A stretch of DNA of 64,000 nt, taken from assembly GCA_963817895.1 (NCBI GenBank), contig CAWFQB010000003.1, positions 544,001 to 608,000 of the forward strand, written 5' to 3'. The position numbers and the translations under genes were made by a program. A model generated the notes under the pieces. The model was not told where the DNA came from. It saw only the letters and a list, made by a program, of their open reading frames with translations, and made no database searches. Of the stretch, positions 1-10,963 are shown one piece after another. This DNA comes from an uncultured Chthonomonadaceae bacterium (lineage in GTDB: Bacteria; Armatimonadota; Chthonomonadetes; Chthonomonadales; Chthonomonadaceae). Every line of letters starts with the position of its first letter. Positions within the stretch are counted from its first letter, which is position 1.

Positions 1-2
1 GC

Positions 3-1112
3 CCGTCCCTGCGACTGTTCTGGTGGATTGAAGAACTGGACGCCGGTAAAAAGCGAGTTCGCCTGTTTCATCCGAACACGGCAAATTACGACCCGGCGAA
101 CAATGTGATCGTTTTAGCCCCTGGCAATGATGCCTTTCAAATGGCAAAAGGCCACTTTGTCAACGTATACGCATACGCGCAGGAGAATAGCGGGGAACAT
201 AGAAAGGGCCTGTTGCCGACATTCGAGCCTGCGATGCCCGCCGACATCTCGCTGGAAATTACAGGCGATGCTGTTCCCGCGCCGATTTTTACGTTTCAGC
301 CGGGATTTCCCCGTCGGCAGAAAATGGAAAGCGGCGCCAGCCGAACCGTAGTTCCCTTTCAATTCAATTTCGAACACCCGGCTCTGCTTCCGAATCTGCG
401 GGCCGGGCGGCTTTACTTTGAAACCCGTAACGCGCTTTCTACGGAAAGCATGGACCTTTCCACTCAGGTAGAAGTGGGGTTCGGGTTTGAAGGCGATTTC
501 ATTACGTTTCCCGCGACGGGGCGCAATCCCAGGCCCTTTATCTCCTTCATTCAGCCGACCGCCCGATTACGCTATCTGAGCAATCAGTCGTTTTCCAATC
601 AAACGCTCGATCTGCGCGCGGGACTTGCGGCTTCCGTGTCCGCGTTCGCCATTCCCCGCAACAACCTCATTCGTAATTCCCTGGGGCCGTTGGTATCCGT
701 GACGCCCCTGTGGTATGCCCATCGCCTGCGCCGAAATCTCGCTGTAATTCCCTCCCACGCGCAGTACGATGTTCTGGGTACGGCGGCGGAGATTGACTGG
801 CAGCCCATCTTCCTTTTCGTGCCGGGAAAGCGCGCGCCGGTAGACCTGGAAGATAAGTTCGCGGCGCTCAAACTCAATGGCAAGCTGTGGGCGTTTTATA
901 ATGAGCAGGCCGTGCCAGGGTTCAAAACGCGCAGTTTCGAGACGTGCGGCGACGTGGAACTCCAGATACCCATTCACTTGGGCAAGGCCACGCCGCTCAA
1001 AACCTGGATGATCGTCTTTTACGGGGACGGCGCGAACGAAGCGAACGGTTTTGCGCGCTCCACGCAGTTGGGCGCGGCCATTCGCATCGCGGATTTTCGT
1101 CTCGGGTTTTAA
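3..1112 (+). CDS. hypothetical protein, 5'-truncated by window edge
   Basis: Frame is open from position 3 through the 335-aa ORF; no recognisable motif. Confidence 0.7.
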   Translation, partial: PSLRLFWWIEELDAGKKRVRLFHPNTANYDPANNVIVLAPGNDAFQMAKGHFVNVYAYAQENSGEHRKGLLPTFEPAMPADISLEITGDAVPAPIFTFQPGFPRRQKMESGASRTVVPFQFNFEHPALLPNLRAGRLYFETRNALSTESMDLSTQVEVGFGFEGDFITFPATGRNPRPFISFIQPTARLRYLSNQSFSNQTLDLRAGLAASVSAFAIPRNNLIRNSLGPLVSVTPLWYAHRLRRNLAVIPSHAQYDVLGTAAEIDWQPIFLFVPGKRAPVDLEDKFAALKLNGKLWAFYNEQAVPGFKTRSFETCGDVELQIPIHLGKATPLKTWMIVFYGDGANEANGFARSTQLGAAIRIADFRLGF

Positions 1113-1202
1113 CGCCGTTGCGCAGTCCGGCGTCGAGCGTTTCCAGCCGCCAAAGTTTGCCCCGCATGTTTTACCGGGCAGCGCCTTTATACAGGAATAG
1201 CG

Positions 1203-1850
1203 TTACCACGCGAAATCTACAGCCTGCAAAAAGGCGCGGGCAATAATCATGTGGCCGACCGGGTTAGGATGAACGCGATCCCACGCGAGCGTGGCGGGGT
1301 AATAGGTTTGCAGGGCGGTGTCGAAAGCGGATTGGGTATCCACGAACAGCGTTCTATGCTGAATAGCGAGTTTGTGAACAATCGCGCCGTAATGATCCAT
1401 TTGCGCCCGCATCGCGTCCCGCGTGTTCGGCTCGATATAAAATGGCGTCATTAGAACCAGTCCTTTCACCGTCGGCAGGGTTTCACGAACAAGACTCTCC
1501 AGCGTGGTTTCGTACTCTTCCGGGTAGACGTGTCCCTGCGTCTGCTGCGGGCTGTCGAATTGCCGCCACACGTCGTTGATGCCAATCATAATGGCAAGCC
1601 AGTCCGGCTGCAAAGCATGGACATCGGTTTGCCAGCGCGTTTTCAGGTCGCGAACCGTATTGCCGCTGCTGCCCATGTTGACCACGCGAATATTCTGCTG
1701 TGGATACACGGCTCCGAGCAGCGCTGCCACATTGCTGACGTAGCCCTTACCCAACGCCTCGCTCATGCCCTCGCCAACGGGACGCGCCCGCCCCGCATCC
1801 GTAATGCTGTCCCCAATCATCACCAACTTGCTTCCCGCTTCTATTTTCAA
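1203..1850 (-). CDS. SGNH/GDSL hydrolase family protein
   Basis: GDSIT block I, G(S)SGN block II, GIND block III, DRVHP block V; TTG start preceded by GGGAGG. Confidence 0.92.
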   Translation of the reverse strand: MKIEAGSKLVMIGDSITDAGRARPVGEGMSEALGKGYVSNVAALLGAVYPQQNIRVVNMGSSGNTVRDLKTRWQTDVHALQPDWLAIMIGINDVWRQFDSPQQTQGHVYPEEYETTLESLVRETLPTVKGLVLMTPFYIEPNTRDAMRAQMDHYGAIVHKLAIQHRTLFVDTQSAFDTALQTYYPATLAWDRVHPNPVGHMIIARAFLQAVDFAW

Positions 1851-1918
1851 GTCTGCCCTCCCCGCCTATCGTTTCTCTTCCACCCCATTGCATGAAGCAG
1901 CTCAAACAGTTTACCAGT

Positions 1919-2799
1919 TTACGGCAGATTGAGCAATTCCGTCCAGCTTTCCACATCCATAAGTTGGTCTATCAGCGCGTCCAGCGCGTCCAGAGAAGTC
2001 ACTGCGTTCAACGCGGCTTGTACCGCTTCGGAAGGCGGGCCAAAACGTTTGCCGCCCAATGTTCTCAGAACCCGGTGCGCTTCTTCTGCGCGGCCCTCCT
2101 GTCGTCCCTCCTGCCGGCCTTCTTCGACGATAGCCTGATACGTGACGGATTCTTTCATGTTCATCACTCCTTGCAGCAGTTGCCGCGTGAACTCGGCCTC
2201 ATAGCGCAGGCCCATCAATACGTTTGTCGCCGTCCATAGCTTGCCCGCGTCCATAGCTTGCCCGCCTGTTCGGGGGTTGCCTCCACGTTGATACGCGCTT
2301 TCATACGCTCTATGACAGCGGGCAGTTCTTGCTCGGTCACTCTGGCAAGTGGGGCGAAGGGCAGCGTTCCCAATCCACCTGCCAGCACCTCTTCTACGGG
2401 CTTTTCCCACACCCGCGCCACCTGATACCGGAACTCCAGATACACGCTCGTATCCGGCAAGCGATATTGCAGTACGCCCGTAATACTGCCCCTGTCCGCT
2501 TCCTCGCTCAACAACACAAGGACGCTGCGAACCGGCAATTTGTGCCGAACATGCAACACCACGCTGTAGTGCAGCGCGCGCTCTACAACGGAGGCATCAT
2601 GTCCGCTCTGAAACTCGATGTGCAGCAGGGAGGGTTCTTCTTCCAGGATGCGCAATACCTTATCGGCGGCCAGCGAAACCGTAGACAGTTCTGCTTCCAC
2701 AACCTCTACGTCGGCAGGCGGCAAACCGAGGTAGGGCAGCCAATCTGAGGGACGCAGTTCCACAAGGTCTTTCGTGGTCACATCGTACTTTTTCGTCAT
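1919..2799 (-). pseudogene. Rpn-like/DUF4351 PD-(D/E)XK protein, frameshifted by a 17-bp tandem duplication
   Basis: N-part KYDVTTKDL..ADKVL..HIEFQS; C-part MKESVTYQAIVEEGRQEGRQEG..RFG. Removing one copy of GTCCATAGCTTGCCCGC (2232-2248/2249-2265) fuses ...EQAGKLWT-ATNVLMGLRY... Confidence 0.85.
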
Positions 2800-2980
2800 G
2801 TATCCTTTTGCCTTTCGAGGGAACTGCGTACAGCGTCAACGCGCGAACACATCGCAGGGGTTCTGCTTGCTGAACCCGCCTTGAAAATGGGCGCGAGGCT
2901 TTCGGCTGTACGAGATGCATCAGCAACACGTCAGGCGCAACGTAGTTTTGAGAATGCGCGTGATCAGGACAAGACCTCAT

Positions 2981-5900
2981 CTACAAGGCAGCGCGAAATT
3001 GGAGCGCGAAAACGAAAGCCTGCTCAGACGTCATAGCCCGCCCTTCCTCCCAGGCGCTTTCAAAGGCTTCCGCGCTCAGGCTCTCTCTGGCGACAGCAAC
3101 CGGATGCTCACTCCCATATATGGTCTGTAGAGCCGTCGAAAGCGCCTCCACAACTCCTGCCAACGTCACCGCCTCCGCGAAGCGCCCTTCCGCCTCGTTG
3201 AGCCGCGCGAACTTTTCAAAACTATCTATTAGCCCCCGTACATCTTTCTGCGCCTGTCTTATGTTCAGGCTCTCCACAAGCAACCCGCGCGCGCGCGCAT
3301 AGTCGCCTTCCTCACAGGATAGAAATCCGAGAGAACCAAGGGCCGTCGCAATACCCCAGTTGTGGCTCATTTTCCGCCATATCGCGAGGCTTCTTTCGTG
3401 ACGGATTCGCGCTGTTTTCCAGTCTCCCATTTTATAAGCAACCGTCCCCAGCGTTTTCAAGGTATACGCGATGCCGTGCCAATCCTCCTGTTGTTCACAA
3501 AGCGCCAGACACTCCAGGCAGAGGGCCTGCGCTTCCTCCAGATTTCCCTTGCGATAGGCCACATTGCCGAGATTCCCCAACGCCATAGCGATACCTTCGC
3601 GGTTGTTTAGCTGCCGAAAGAGCGCCAGGCCAGCATTTAGCGCATCGTCTGCGCGAGAATAATCCCCTTCATCCCAGGCTAAGATGCCCAGTTGACACAA
3701 ACTTTTCGCCTGCAACAGGTAGCTGCCGGATGCGGTCGCAATATCCAGCGCCTCCTCGAAACAGGGTTGCGCGTCGGCATTGTCGCCCTGAGAAGTCGCC
3801 ATGCGTCCTGCGCCATAGAGCGCCTTCGCGCGCAGTTCGGAACGCGCAGGGCCGCTTCGGGCCAGCAAGGTATCCAGTATCCGGCGGCCTTCCTGTAGGT
3901 AATTCGTCATTTCCCAAAATGGGCAAAGCCCAACAGCCATTTGTAAGCCCGTTTCGATGCGCTCCGAGTTTTCTACAGCCGCCTTTTCTTTGGGGAACAG
4001 GCTCCAGTCCAGAGCGGCGCGCAGATTAGCATACTCCGTTTCTATCCGGCGCAGCCAGAGGTCTTGCTCCAGTGAACCGGTTTTTGCCCCATTCTCCTCA
4101 ATGAACGCGCAGAAGTAGTCCAGATGCCTCTTACGCGCAGCGGATAGTTCCTCTGTGTCGGCGCTTTTCTCCTCGCAATACAGGCGTAAAGTTACCAGCA
4201 GGCGATAGCGCGGGGCGCTCCTCTGCTCCTCATAAACGATCAGGCTCTTATCCACCAACTGCGTCATCAGGTTCAGCGCTTCGAATTCATTCAGAGCGTC
4301 CCCGACACAGACCGCCTCCGCCGCTTCCAGCGTACAGCCGCCCGCAAAAACTGTCAGGAAGCCCAGTAGTCGCTTCTCCGGTTCACTCAGGAGGTCATAG
4401 CTCCAATCCAGTGTGGCCCGTAGCGTCTGCTGGCGCGGCAAAGCCGCCCGGTCGCCCCTGTTGAGCAGGCGCAAACTATCCTGCAAACGCAGGGCAATTT
4501 GTTCCGGCGTCAGCGCCTTCACGCGCGCGGCGGCCAACTCAATCGCGAGAGGGATACCGTCAAGGTATTGCGCAATCTGTACAATCGCCGGAAGGTTGTT
4601 CGCGGATACTTTGAAACTCATCAGCGCCTGTTGCGCGCGTTCCACAAAAATTTGTACGGCTTCATATTCCAGCAGCGCCGATTGCGTTTCTTTGTCATGT
4701 ACAACGAAGTCGCGTGGAGGGAGAAGAAGCGGCGGCACGTTATACACGCGTTCGCCTGCGATACCCAGTGGCTGTCTGCTGGTGGCGAGAATACGAAGGT
4801 CGGGACACCCTCCAAGCAATCGGGATACCAACCGCGCGCATACATCGAGGAGATGTTCGCAGTTGTCTATAATCAACAGTAGCGTTTTCGGCTTCAAATA
4901 CTCCGTTAATGTTTCCGTCACCTCTGTTTCCTGCGGTTCGCGCAAGCCCAATACCTCGGCCAGCGTAGGCGCTACCAGAAGCGGGGTTGAAAAGCGCAGC
5001 CAAATCGGCAAACCATACTCCCTCCGGGTAAGTATCCGCCACCTCGTCAGCGATGGCAAGCGCCAGCCGCGTTTTTCCAATGCCGCCGCTTCCTGTGAGT
5101 GTAACCAACCGCTCGGACTTGACAAAGGCGGCAATCTCCCATCGCTCTTGCTGACGGCCCACCAGTTTGTTCAGCGCGCGCGGGAAATGGCGGCGGGCAA
5201 TGAGAATCTGACGGCGCGGAAAGGGCGCGCATGGGAACGACAATCTCGCTCGGTTTCGGATTCGGGCGGTCTGCGCGGCTTGCCCTGCGGTTTGCGCAAT
5301 CTGAGTTGCGAGTTCCTGTGTGGCGTCGGAGGGCGTCCACCCCATTTCGGACTGGAGTCGCTGCGCAAAGTCCTGATATTGCTCCAGCGCCGCCATCGGC
5401 CTCCCCAATTTCAGGAGAAGCCGCATCACATTCCGGCGGGTTTCCTCACGCAACGGGTCCGCCTGCGCGCGCGATGGGCGTAATCAACAGCCTGCTCGAA
5501 GTCCTCCACTTGCGCCAGTTTCTTCACTAAAAGTCTCAGGGCATTCAAATAGACATCTGTGAGGCGTACGCGTTCAGGTGTGATCCACTCGTCGTAGTAT
5601 CCGGCCAGCAACGGGCCCCGGCACATATCCACCGTTTGCTTCAATTGAAATCGCAGTTCAGCTTCATCGGATACTCTTGAGAGAGATTTAAGCGCCTGTT
5701 CAAAATCCGCCACATCGGTTGATACCATTTCCAGATTCAGATATAGATGCGACCTGGTAGCAATCATCACGCTTCCCGCGGCAATACCCGGCGGCTCCAG
5801 CAGTTTACGCAGGGCATTGAGGGCAACGCTCAGGCTGTTGCGTCCACCTTCGATAGTGGCGTCGGGCCAGAGCAACTCTATTAGCGCTTCACGGGAGGGA

Positions 5901-6040
5901 GTTATATGCCGGTTCAGCGCCAGATAGGCCAGGAGCAGAGCCGTCTTCTGCGTGCGAAATTGCCTCGCTTCTATCCCTGCCTGTGAGTTCTGCAATCCGG
6001 GTCGAACGAAAAGATGCCCGAATAGTTCGATATGCCACAT
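2981..6040 (-). CDS. SARP/AfsR-like regulator 1 (wHTH-BTAD + NB-ARC-like ATPase + TPR), two apparent frameshifts
   Basis: MWHIELFG..LLAYLAL..REALIELLWP (wHTH/BTAD); GSGGIGKT Walker A; LLIIDNCEH Walker B; GIPLAIELAAAR; TPR repeats; split over ORFs 5426-6106, 4740-5453, 2981-5134. Confidence 0.88.
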
Positions 6041-6075
6041 AAACGCGCCTTTCCTCCCGCAGATAGATCTACCAT

Positions 6076-6107
6076 TTAAGGCTGCTGTAAGGGAGGGGGT
6101 GTACACT
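6076..6107 (+). promoter_or_regulatory. putative SARP-dependent promoter: TTAAGGC-N4-GTAAGGG-N8-TACACT
   Basis: Heptamers at 6076-6082 and 6087-6093 (11-bp period), 8 nt spacer, -10-like TACACT at 6102-6107; divergent from regulator 1. Confidence 0.65.
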
Positions 6108-6163
6108 TAATCCAACAACGTAGTGAGAACGGCAGGAACGGCTCTCTTTTCGATTACGGATGT

Positions 6164-6437
6164 ATGCCTTACGGCTTACGGTTTCCTGTAACATTCGCGC
6201 CTGGACAACGCTTTTCCTTCCTTTCCGATAACGTGAACTTTACAGGCTTTCTGGCTGTCTCTGCGCGCGATAACAGCGGATGAAGAGGGAGGGTTCGTGG
6301 TAGCGCTGGATGCGGTAACGGCGACTATCAATGCCAACCGCCGCGTACAACTGGAGATTTGCGCTGGGCTTCAGGGCGATTCCACAATCCTGAGGATCGC
6401 CTATCAGGTGAACTTTCTGATCAAGAAGGCTTTGTAG
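6164..6437 (+). pseudogene. small hypothetical protein, frameshifted
   Basis: MPYGLRFPVTFAPGQRFSFLSDNVNFTGFL.. continues in another frame as SLRAITADEEGGFVVALDAVTATINANRRVQLEICAGLQGDSTILRIAYQVNFLIKKAL*. Confidence 0.35.
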
Positions 6438-6498
6438 ACAGTCCCCTGACTGTTCTGACAGGCATGTGTCCGGCGAGGCCGGAGAAGGAGTGCAAAAA

Positions 6499-6936
6499 AT
6501 GACAGCAGTGAAAAGCATCGTTGCAGCGCGCGAGCGCGACGCGGCATGGCTGGTCGCCCTGTACCTGGCCGTTTACGGCGGCGACCCTGCGCCCCAGGAA
6601 GGCGCCTTGATTGCGCAGGAGTTGCGGGAAGCCGCCGCGCTGAACGCTATTGCCGCCCTGTCGCTTGCGCTGGACGGCAAGGCCAAACAAGCAGTGCAGC
6701 AGGCCATCACGCCGCTGAAGCAGCAGCGCGAAATGCGGCATGTGGACGCGAAGGTCGCCGGAGAGCGGCTCGAGTCGTTTGGAATTCATATGGAAGAACA
6801 GGACGCCGCCCATCCTCATCACGTCGGGACAACGGAAGCATCCACGATACGCCCGCGGCTCCCCTACTGCATTCGCTTTCATGGAGTCGTCTACTGCGTT
6901 CCGATTCTCTCGCCCGGCCCTATTCTCTTTGAATAG
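6499..6936 (+). CDS. hypothetical protein with C-terminal Cys pair (YCIRFHGVVYCV)
   Basis: AAGGAG RBS upstream of ATG 6499; helical Ala-rich body. Confidence 0.7.
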   Translation: MTAVKSIVAARERDAAWLVALYLAVYGGDPAPQEGALIAQELREAAALNAIAALSLALDGKAKQAVQQAITPLKQQREMRHVDAKVAGERLESFGIHMEEQDAAHPHHVGTTEASTIRPRLPYCIRFHGVVYCVPILSPGPILFE

Positions 6937-7036
6937 CGCCTGAGCCTCAGACCTCCGGGCTGCAAAGCAAGCGCAGGGCGCAGAATACGCCCTGCGCCGT
7001 TCCTCAGAACCAGGAACAAAGAAAGGAGAAGCATCC

Positions 7037-7285
7037 ATGTCCGATCAGAATTATGGAACGAGCGCGAAGAAACTGCCTTCGTCGGAAGAAATCGAGGCTA
7101 TGGCCGCATTTCCGCAGGGCGCTCACAGCGATGCCGAATGTAACGCATTGTGTGACGACCTGCGCGAAACCGCAGATGCGCTTTCAGTCGCTCGCGCAGC
7201 GGATCGCCCCAGGCTAATTCTTCGGCTACAACTTATCAATCGGCATATGCGCGCGCTGCATTGCCGTATCTGCCTGCCGGAATGA
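7037..7285 (+). CDS. small hypothetical protein (CxxxC ... CxxC)
   Basis: AAAGGAG RBS; 82 aa; ECNALC and HCRIC. Confidence 0.7.
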   Translation: MSDQNYGTSAKKLPSSEEIEAMAAFPQGAHSDAECNALCDDLRETADALSVARAADRPRLILRLQLINRHMRALHCRICLPE

Positions 7286-7379
7286 GAATACAGACGCATA
7301 TGTTCGGTATGCGTCTGTCTAACTTCGGCATGGCGAAAGCGACTGCATTTCAACGCCCATTTAACGGTAAGGAAATACT

Positions 7380-8420
7380 ATGTTCACAAAACAAAATTTT
7401 GCGATAGCGGGCGTACTAACGCTCCTGGCACTGACTGCCCCTCACCCTGCAACGGCACAAGTGAGTTGGCAGTACAGTATCTTCAATGGGCCTGCCGCCA
7501 GCACGTTCTACCAGCCTGATGCCATCAACAATGCAGGAATTATTGCGGGAACGTACAGCAGTTCGACCTCGTCCGGCGTGTTCCTCATGCAGGGCGGAAC
7601 GTTCACGACCTTTGGCAACGGAGATACGCAGTTAAACGGCATCAATAACGCCGGGGACACGACCGGTTATTTTTACGATGCCGTTGCGGATGTTGAAACT
7701 CCCTTTGTTCGCGGGGCGAATGGAACCTTCTCTTTCCTGCCGAAGCTGGTCTATGGAGATGTTCCGCAAGCCCTCAATGATACCGGCAAAGTTGTCGGCT
7801 ACTCTACTGACGATTTCACCACAGTTCATGGCGCGATGTGGAGCGGCGGCATCGAGACAACCTCGGATTATCCCGGCGCAAGCGACACGGCCTACTACGG
7901 CATCAACAACGCGGGCAAGATCGTCGGCGATACCAACAACATCACCGGCAACGGCCCGCCCGAAGCCTTTGTGCTGGACAATGGGGTCTTCACGCCTTTT
8001 GTCATTCCCGGAGCGGACGTTACCATTGCAGAAGGCATCAACAATGCCGATCAGATACTGGGCCGATACGGGGACGCGAACGGCAGCTTTCACGGCTTCA
8101 TCCTGAACAATGGCATCGTGACCACGCTGGATTTTCCCGATCTTGACGCTCTCTTCGGGCTGACGTTCACCGACAGTAACGGCAAACTGTTCAATCGGCA
8201 AAGGCCGTTCACTATTCCGCTCGGCTTTAACGATAAGGAGGATTTTGTCGGCATCATCGGGGCTTCTTATGAGGGCGCGGATGGAACCGGCTTCTTTTTC
8301 CGCGAACACGGATTTATTGCCACAGCCGTACCCGAACCTGACAGCATCGCCCTCCTCGTAAGTATGAGCGTAACCGGAGTTGCCTTCGTCATGCGCCGCA
8401 GAAAGGTGAGGACGGCTTGA
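7380..8420 (+). CDS. PEP-CTERM surface protein with HAF-like GINN repeats
   Basis: Signal peptide; repeated (G/A)INN(A)G-I-G; VPEP + TM helix + RRRK tail. Confidence 0.9.
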   Translation: MFTKQNFAIAGVLTLLALTAPHPATAQVSWQYSIFNGPAASTFYQPDAINNAGIIAGTYSSSTSSGVFLMQGGTFTTFGNGDTQLNGINNAGDTTGYFYDAVADVETPFVRGANGTFSFLPKLVYGDVPQALNDTGKVVGYSTDDFTTVHGAMWSGGIETTSDYPGASDTAYYGINNAGKIVGDTNNITGNGPPEAFVLDNGVFTPFVIPGADVTIAEGINNADQILGRYGDANGSFHGFILNNGIVTTLDFPDLDALFGLTFTDSNGKLFNRQRPFTIPLGFNDKEDFVGIIGASYEGADGTGFFFREHGFIATAVPEPDSIALLVSMSVTGVAFVMRRRKVRTA

Positions 8421-8845
8421 ACGGTTCTCGCATCGCTCAGAACATGCCGAATAAAGCAGACCCTTCCGAGGCGGCGCTTTTCCAGGCGCGTTGGGCTTCG
8501 GGGCGCTATCACCATCGTCGCTGGTTTAGCGCCAACCGTTGTCTCGATGTGCGGCTGACATCGGGCGCTCTGCATACGCGCCTGATGTTTCCGTTTTCCC
8601 TTTTCTCCGCCACTCACCGGGGCTTCAAGAATACCATTCCTCTCATGCAGATAAAGGCCGTTCAGAAGGCGCGTTTTATGGGCTGGTGGGAAACAGTAGA
8701 AATTACCTTTGTGGATAACGAAGGCTGTAGCCGCTGTCTGGAAATTGGCTTTACCGGTCCTTTACCGCAGATAGGGACACATCAGCAGAAAACGCGCGAT
8801 GCCTTCATGCAAGCCATGCAAGAAGCGCTGGAAGCAACGGATTAG
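8417..8845 (+). CDS. hypothetical protein (PH-like?)
   Basis: ORF overlapping stop of the PEP-CTERM gene; no firm motif. Confidence 0.55.
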   Translation: MNGSRIAQNMPNKADPSEAALFQARWASGRYHHRRWFSANRCLDVRLTSGALHTRLMFPFSLFSATHRGFKNTIPLMQIKAVQKARFMGWWETVEITFVDNEGCSRCLEIGFTGPLPQIGTHQQKTRDAFMQAMQEALEATD

Positions 8846-8910
8846 CTTTATCTGGAGCAGCCTTCGTCATACGACGTAGAAATGCCGAGCTGCTGTAAAG
8901 GGACGGTCAA

Positions 8911-9432
8911 ATGACGCAAGTAGCCATTATAGGAAATGCAGGCGGTGGAAAGAGTACGCTCAGTCGTCGTCTCAGCCAGGTACTTGGTTTGCCTCTGCAT
9001 TTCATTGATTTGATCCAGTGGAAACCAGGCTGGATAGCGGCTCCTGCGGAGGAAGTCAGGCAGAAACACCAGGCGATTCTAGCGCAGAAAAAGTGGATCA
9101 TAGACGGATGGGGGAGTTGGGACAATATCGAGGCGCGCTTTGCGGTTGCCGATACCATCATCCTCATTGACTTCCCGCTTTACATTCACTACTGGTGGGC
9201 CATGAAGCGTCAGTTCATGTGCTTGTTCCGTCCGCGTCCGGATGGCCCGGAAGGATGTCCCATGCTGCCCATGACCTGGCGACTCTTGCAGCTGATGTGG
9301 ATGATCCATTATGAAATGCGTCCTCGCCTGTTGGAAATGATTGGGAGCCTGCCATCCAAAAAGCGAGTGTTTCATCTCCGCTCGCCACGAGAATTACGCC
9401 GCTTTGTCCGTGAACATTGTCCTGCCCCGTAA
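8911..9432 (+). CDS. adenylate-kinase-like P-loop protein (topology modulation protein/FlaR family)
   Basis: IIGNAGGGKST Walker A; WKPGW; WIIDG; ADTIILID. Confidence 0.85.
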   Translation: MTQVAIIGNAGGGKSTLSRRLSQVLGLPLHFIDLIQWKPGWIAAPAEEVRQKHQAILAQKKWIIDGWGSWDNIEARFAVADTIILIDFPLYIHYWWAMKRQFMCLFRPRPDGPEGCPMLPMTWRLLQLMWMIHYEMRPRLLEMIGSLPSKKRVFHLRSPRELRRFVREHCPAP

Positions 9433-9621
9433 ACCACAAGAAGATTAGCCGGAATTGCTGACGCCTGTATTCGCATTGCCGCCCCTCCTCATCGAACCTC
9501 GCCTCATCGTTCATTTTTCTCCATTTCTTCATCGGATGCAGGAATTTGCTCCAGGTGTAGCGAATTGTGCCACATTCGCCAAACGGCGCTTCTCAACTCA
9601 CTTCTTACACGAGGCTTAAAC

Positions 9622-10893
9622 ATGCACTCCAACGTTCCCGGTTTGCTGCGCGCAGGCGTTTTTGCGGCTTGTACGCTTGCGTCCGTTACTTTCGGTTCGG
9701 TCGAGGCGTCCGCTGCGCCCGCGCCGATGCTCAAAAAACAACCCGTCAAACGGCTGGCTTCCGCGCGGCTGCAAACCACGCCTAAAAAGCGGACGGAGAA
9801 AAAATCCAAAATGGACAAGATGATCGTTTACATCGGCACATACACGCAGGGCGCGAGCAAGGGCATTTACATCTATGACATGGATACCAAAACGGGGATG
9901 CTCACGCCCGCAGGCAACGCGCCGCTGGTTTCCAATCCCTCGTTTCTGACCATTGCGCCCGACCACAAGCATCTCTATGCCTGCAATGAAGTGGATGATT
10001 TCGACGCCGCCCATGAGGGCGCGGTCAGCGCGTTCGCCATTGACGCCAAAACAGGCGGGCTGACCCTGCTCAATCAGCAGCCGTCGGCGGGGGGGGGGCC
10101 GTGCTTTGTGTCTATGGACGCCAAAGGCAAAAACGTTCTGGTTGCCAACTACGGCAGCGGCAGCGTGGGCGTTCTGCCCATTGGCGCGGACGGCAAGCTG
10201 ATGCCGCCAAGCGACAAAAAGCAGCACGAGGGTAAGGGAACCGACCCGGCCCGACAGGAGGGGCCACACGCGCACTCCATCAATCTCGACCCCGCCAACC
10301 ATTTCGCGTTCGCGGCGGATTTGGGTTTGGACAAGGTGTTTATTTACCGCTTCGATGCGGCCAAAGGGACACTGACGCCCAACACGCCCGCGTTCGCGTC
10401 CGTCGCGCCCGGTTCCGGCCCGCGCCACCTGTCGTTCCATCCGAACGGACACTACGCTTACGTCATCAACGAAATGGCGTCCAGCGTGACCGCCTTCCAT
10501 TACGATGCCGCCAAAGGCAGCATGACCGAATTGCAGACGGTTTCTACCATTCCCGCAGGCTTTACGGGCGCGACGACGTGCGCGGAAATCCGGGTACATC
10601 CTTCCGGCAAGTTTTTGTACGGCTCCAACAGGGGACACGACAGCATTGCCATATTCACTATTGACGCGGATACGGGCAAACTGACCCCGGCAGGCCATCA
10701 GTCCACGCAGGGCAAAACTCCACGCAACTTCAACCTTGACCCGTCCGGGCAGTTCCTCCTTGCCGCCAATCAGGACTCGGACAGCGTGGTTGTTTTTCGC
10801 ATTGACGCGCAAACGGGCCAACTGACGCCCACCGGCCAAACGCTGAACATTCCCAAACCGGTGTGCGTGAAGTTCCTGACTCCGGGCAAATAG
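9622..10893 (+). CDS. pgl: 6-phosphogluconolactonase (lactonase beta-propeller), signal-peptide-like N-terminus
   Basis: YIGTYT, NPSFL, VANYGSG, RQEGPHAH, DLGLD, GPRH, SNRGHDSI, PRNF. Confidence 0.9.
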   Translation: MHSNVPGLLRAGVFAACTLASVTFGSVEASAAPAPMLKKQPVKRLASARLQTTPKKRTEKKSKMDKMIVYIGTYTQGASKGIYIYDMDTKTGMLTPAGNAPLVSNPSFLTIAPDHKHLYACNEVDDFDAAHEGAVSAFAIDAKTGGLTLLNQQPSAGGGPCFVSMDAKGKNVLVANYGSGSVGVLPIGADGKLMPPSDKKQHEGKGTDPARQEGPHAHSINLDPANHFAFAADLGLDKVFIYRFDAAKGTLTPNTPAFASVAPGSGPRHLSFHPNGHYAYVINEMASSVTAFHYDAAKGSMTELQTVSTIPAGFTGATTCAEIRVHPSGKFLYGSNRGHDSIAIFTIDADTGKLTPAGHQSTQGKTPRNFNLDPSGQFLLAANQDSDSVVVFRIDAQTGQLTPTGQTLNIPKPVCVKFLTPGK

Positions 10894-10924
10894 GCGCAGC
10901 CCTCAATCTGTGTTTCTCAATTCT

Positions 10925-10963
10925 GCCTTTGTTCCTTCTGTAACCTACAGAAGAAACAGAGGC
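10925..10963 (+). terminator. hairpin downstream of pgl
   Basis: GCCTTTGTTCCTTCTGTA / TACAGAAGAAACAGAGGC, 16/18 inverted repeat. Confidence 0.55.

Noticed and set aside
6499..7285. RiPP precursor cluster
   Set aside because: No modifying enzyme, peptidase or transporter nearby
7350..7381. TCAACGC-N4-TTAACGG-N8-TACTAT, same geometry as the SARP promoters
   Set aside because: The -10-like hexamer overlaps the ATG (7380) and the spacer is the RBS, so it cannot drive this gene as annotated. It also shows that the pattern can arise by chance, so the main finding needs a background test.
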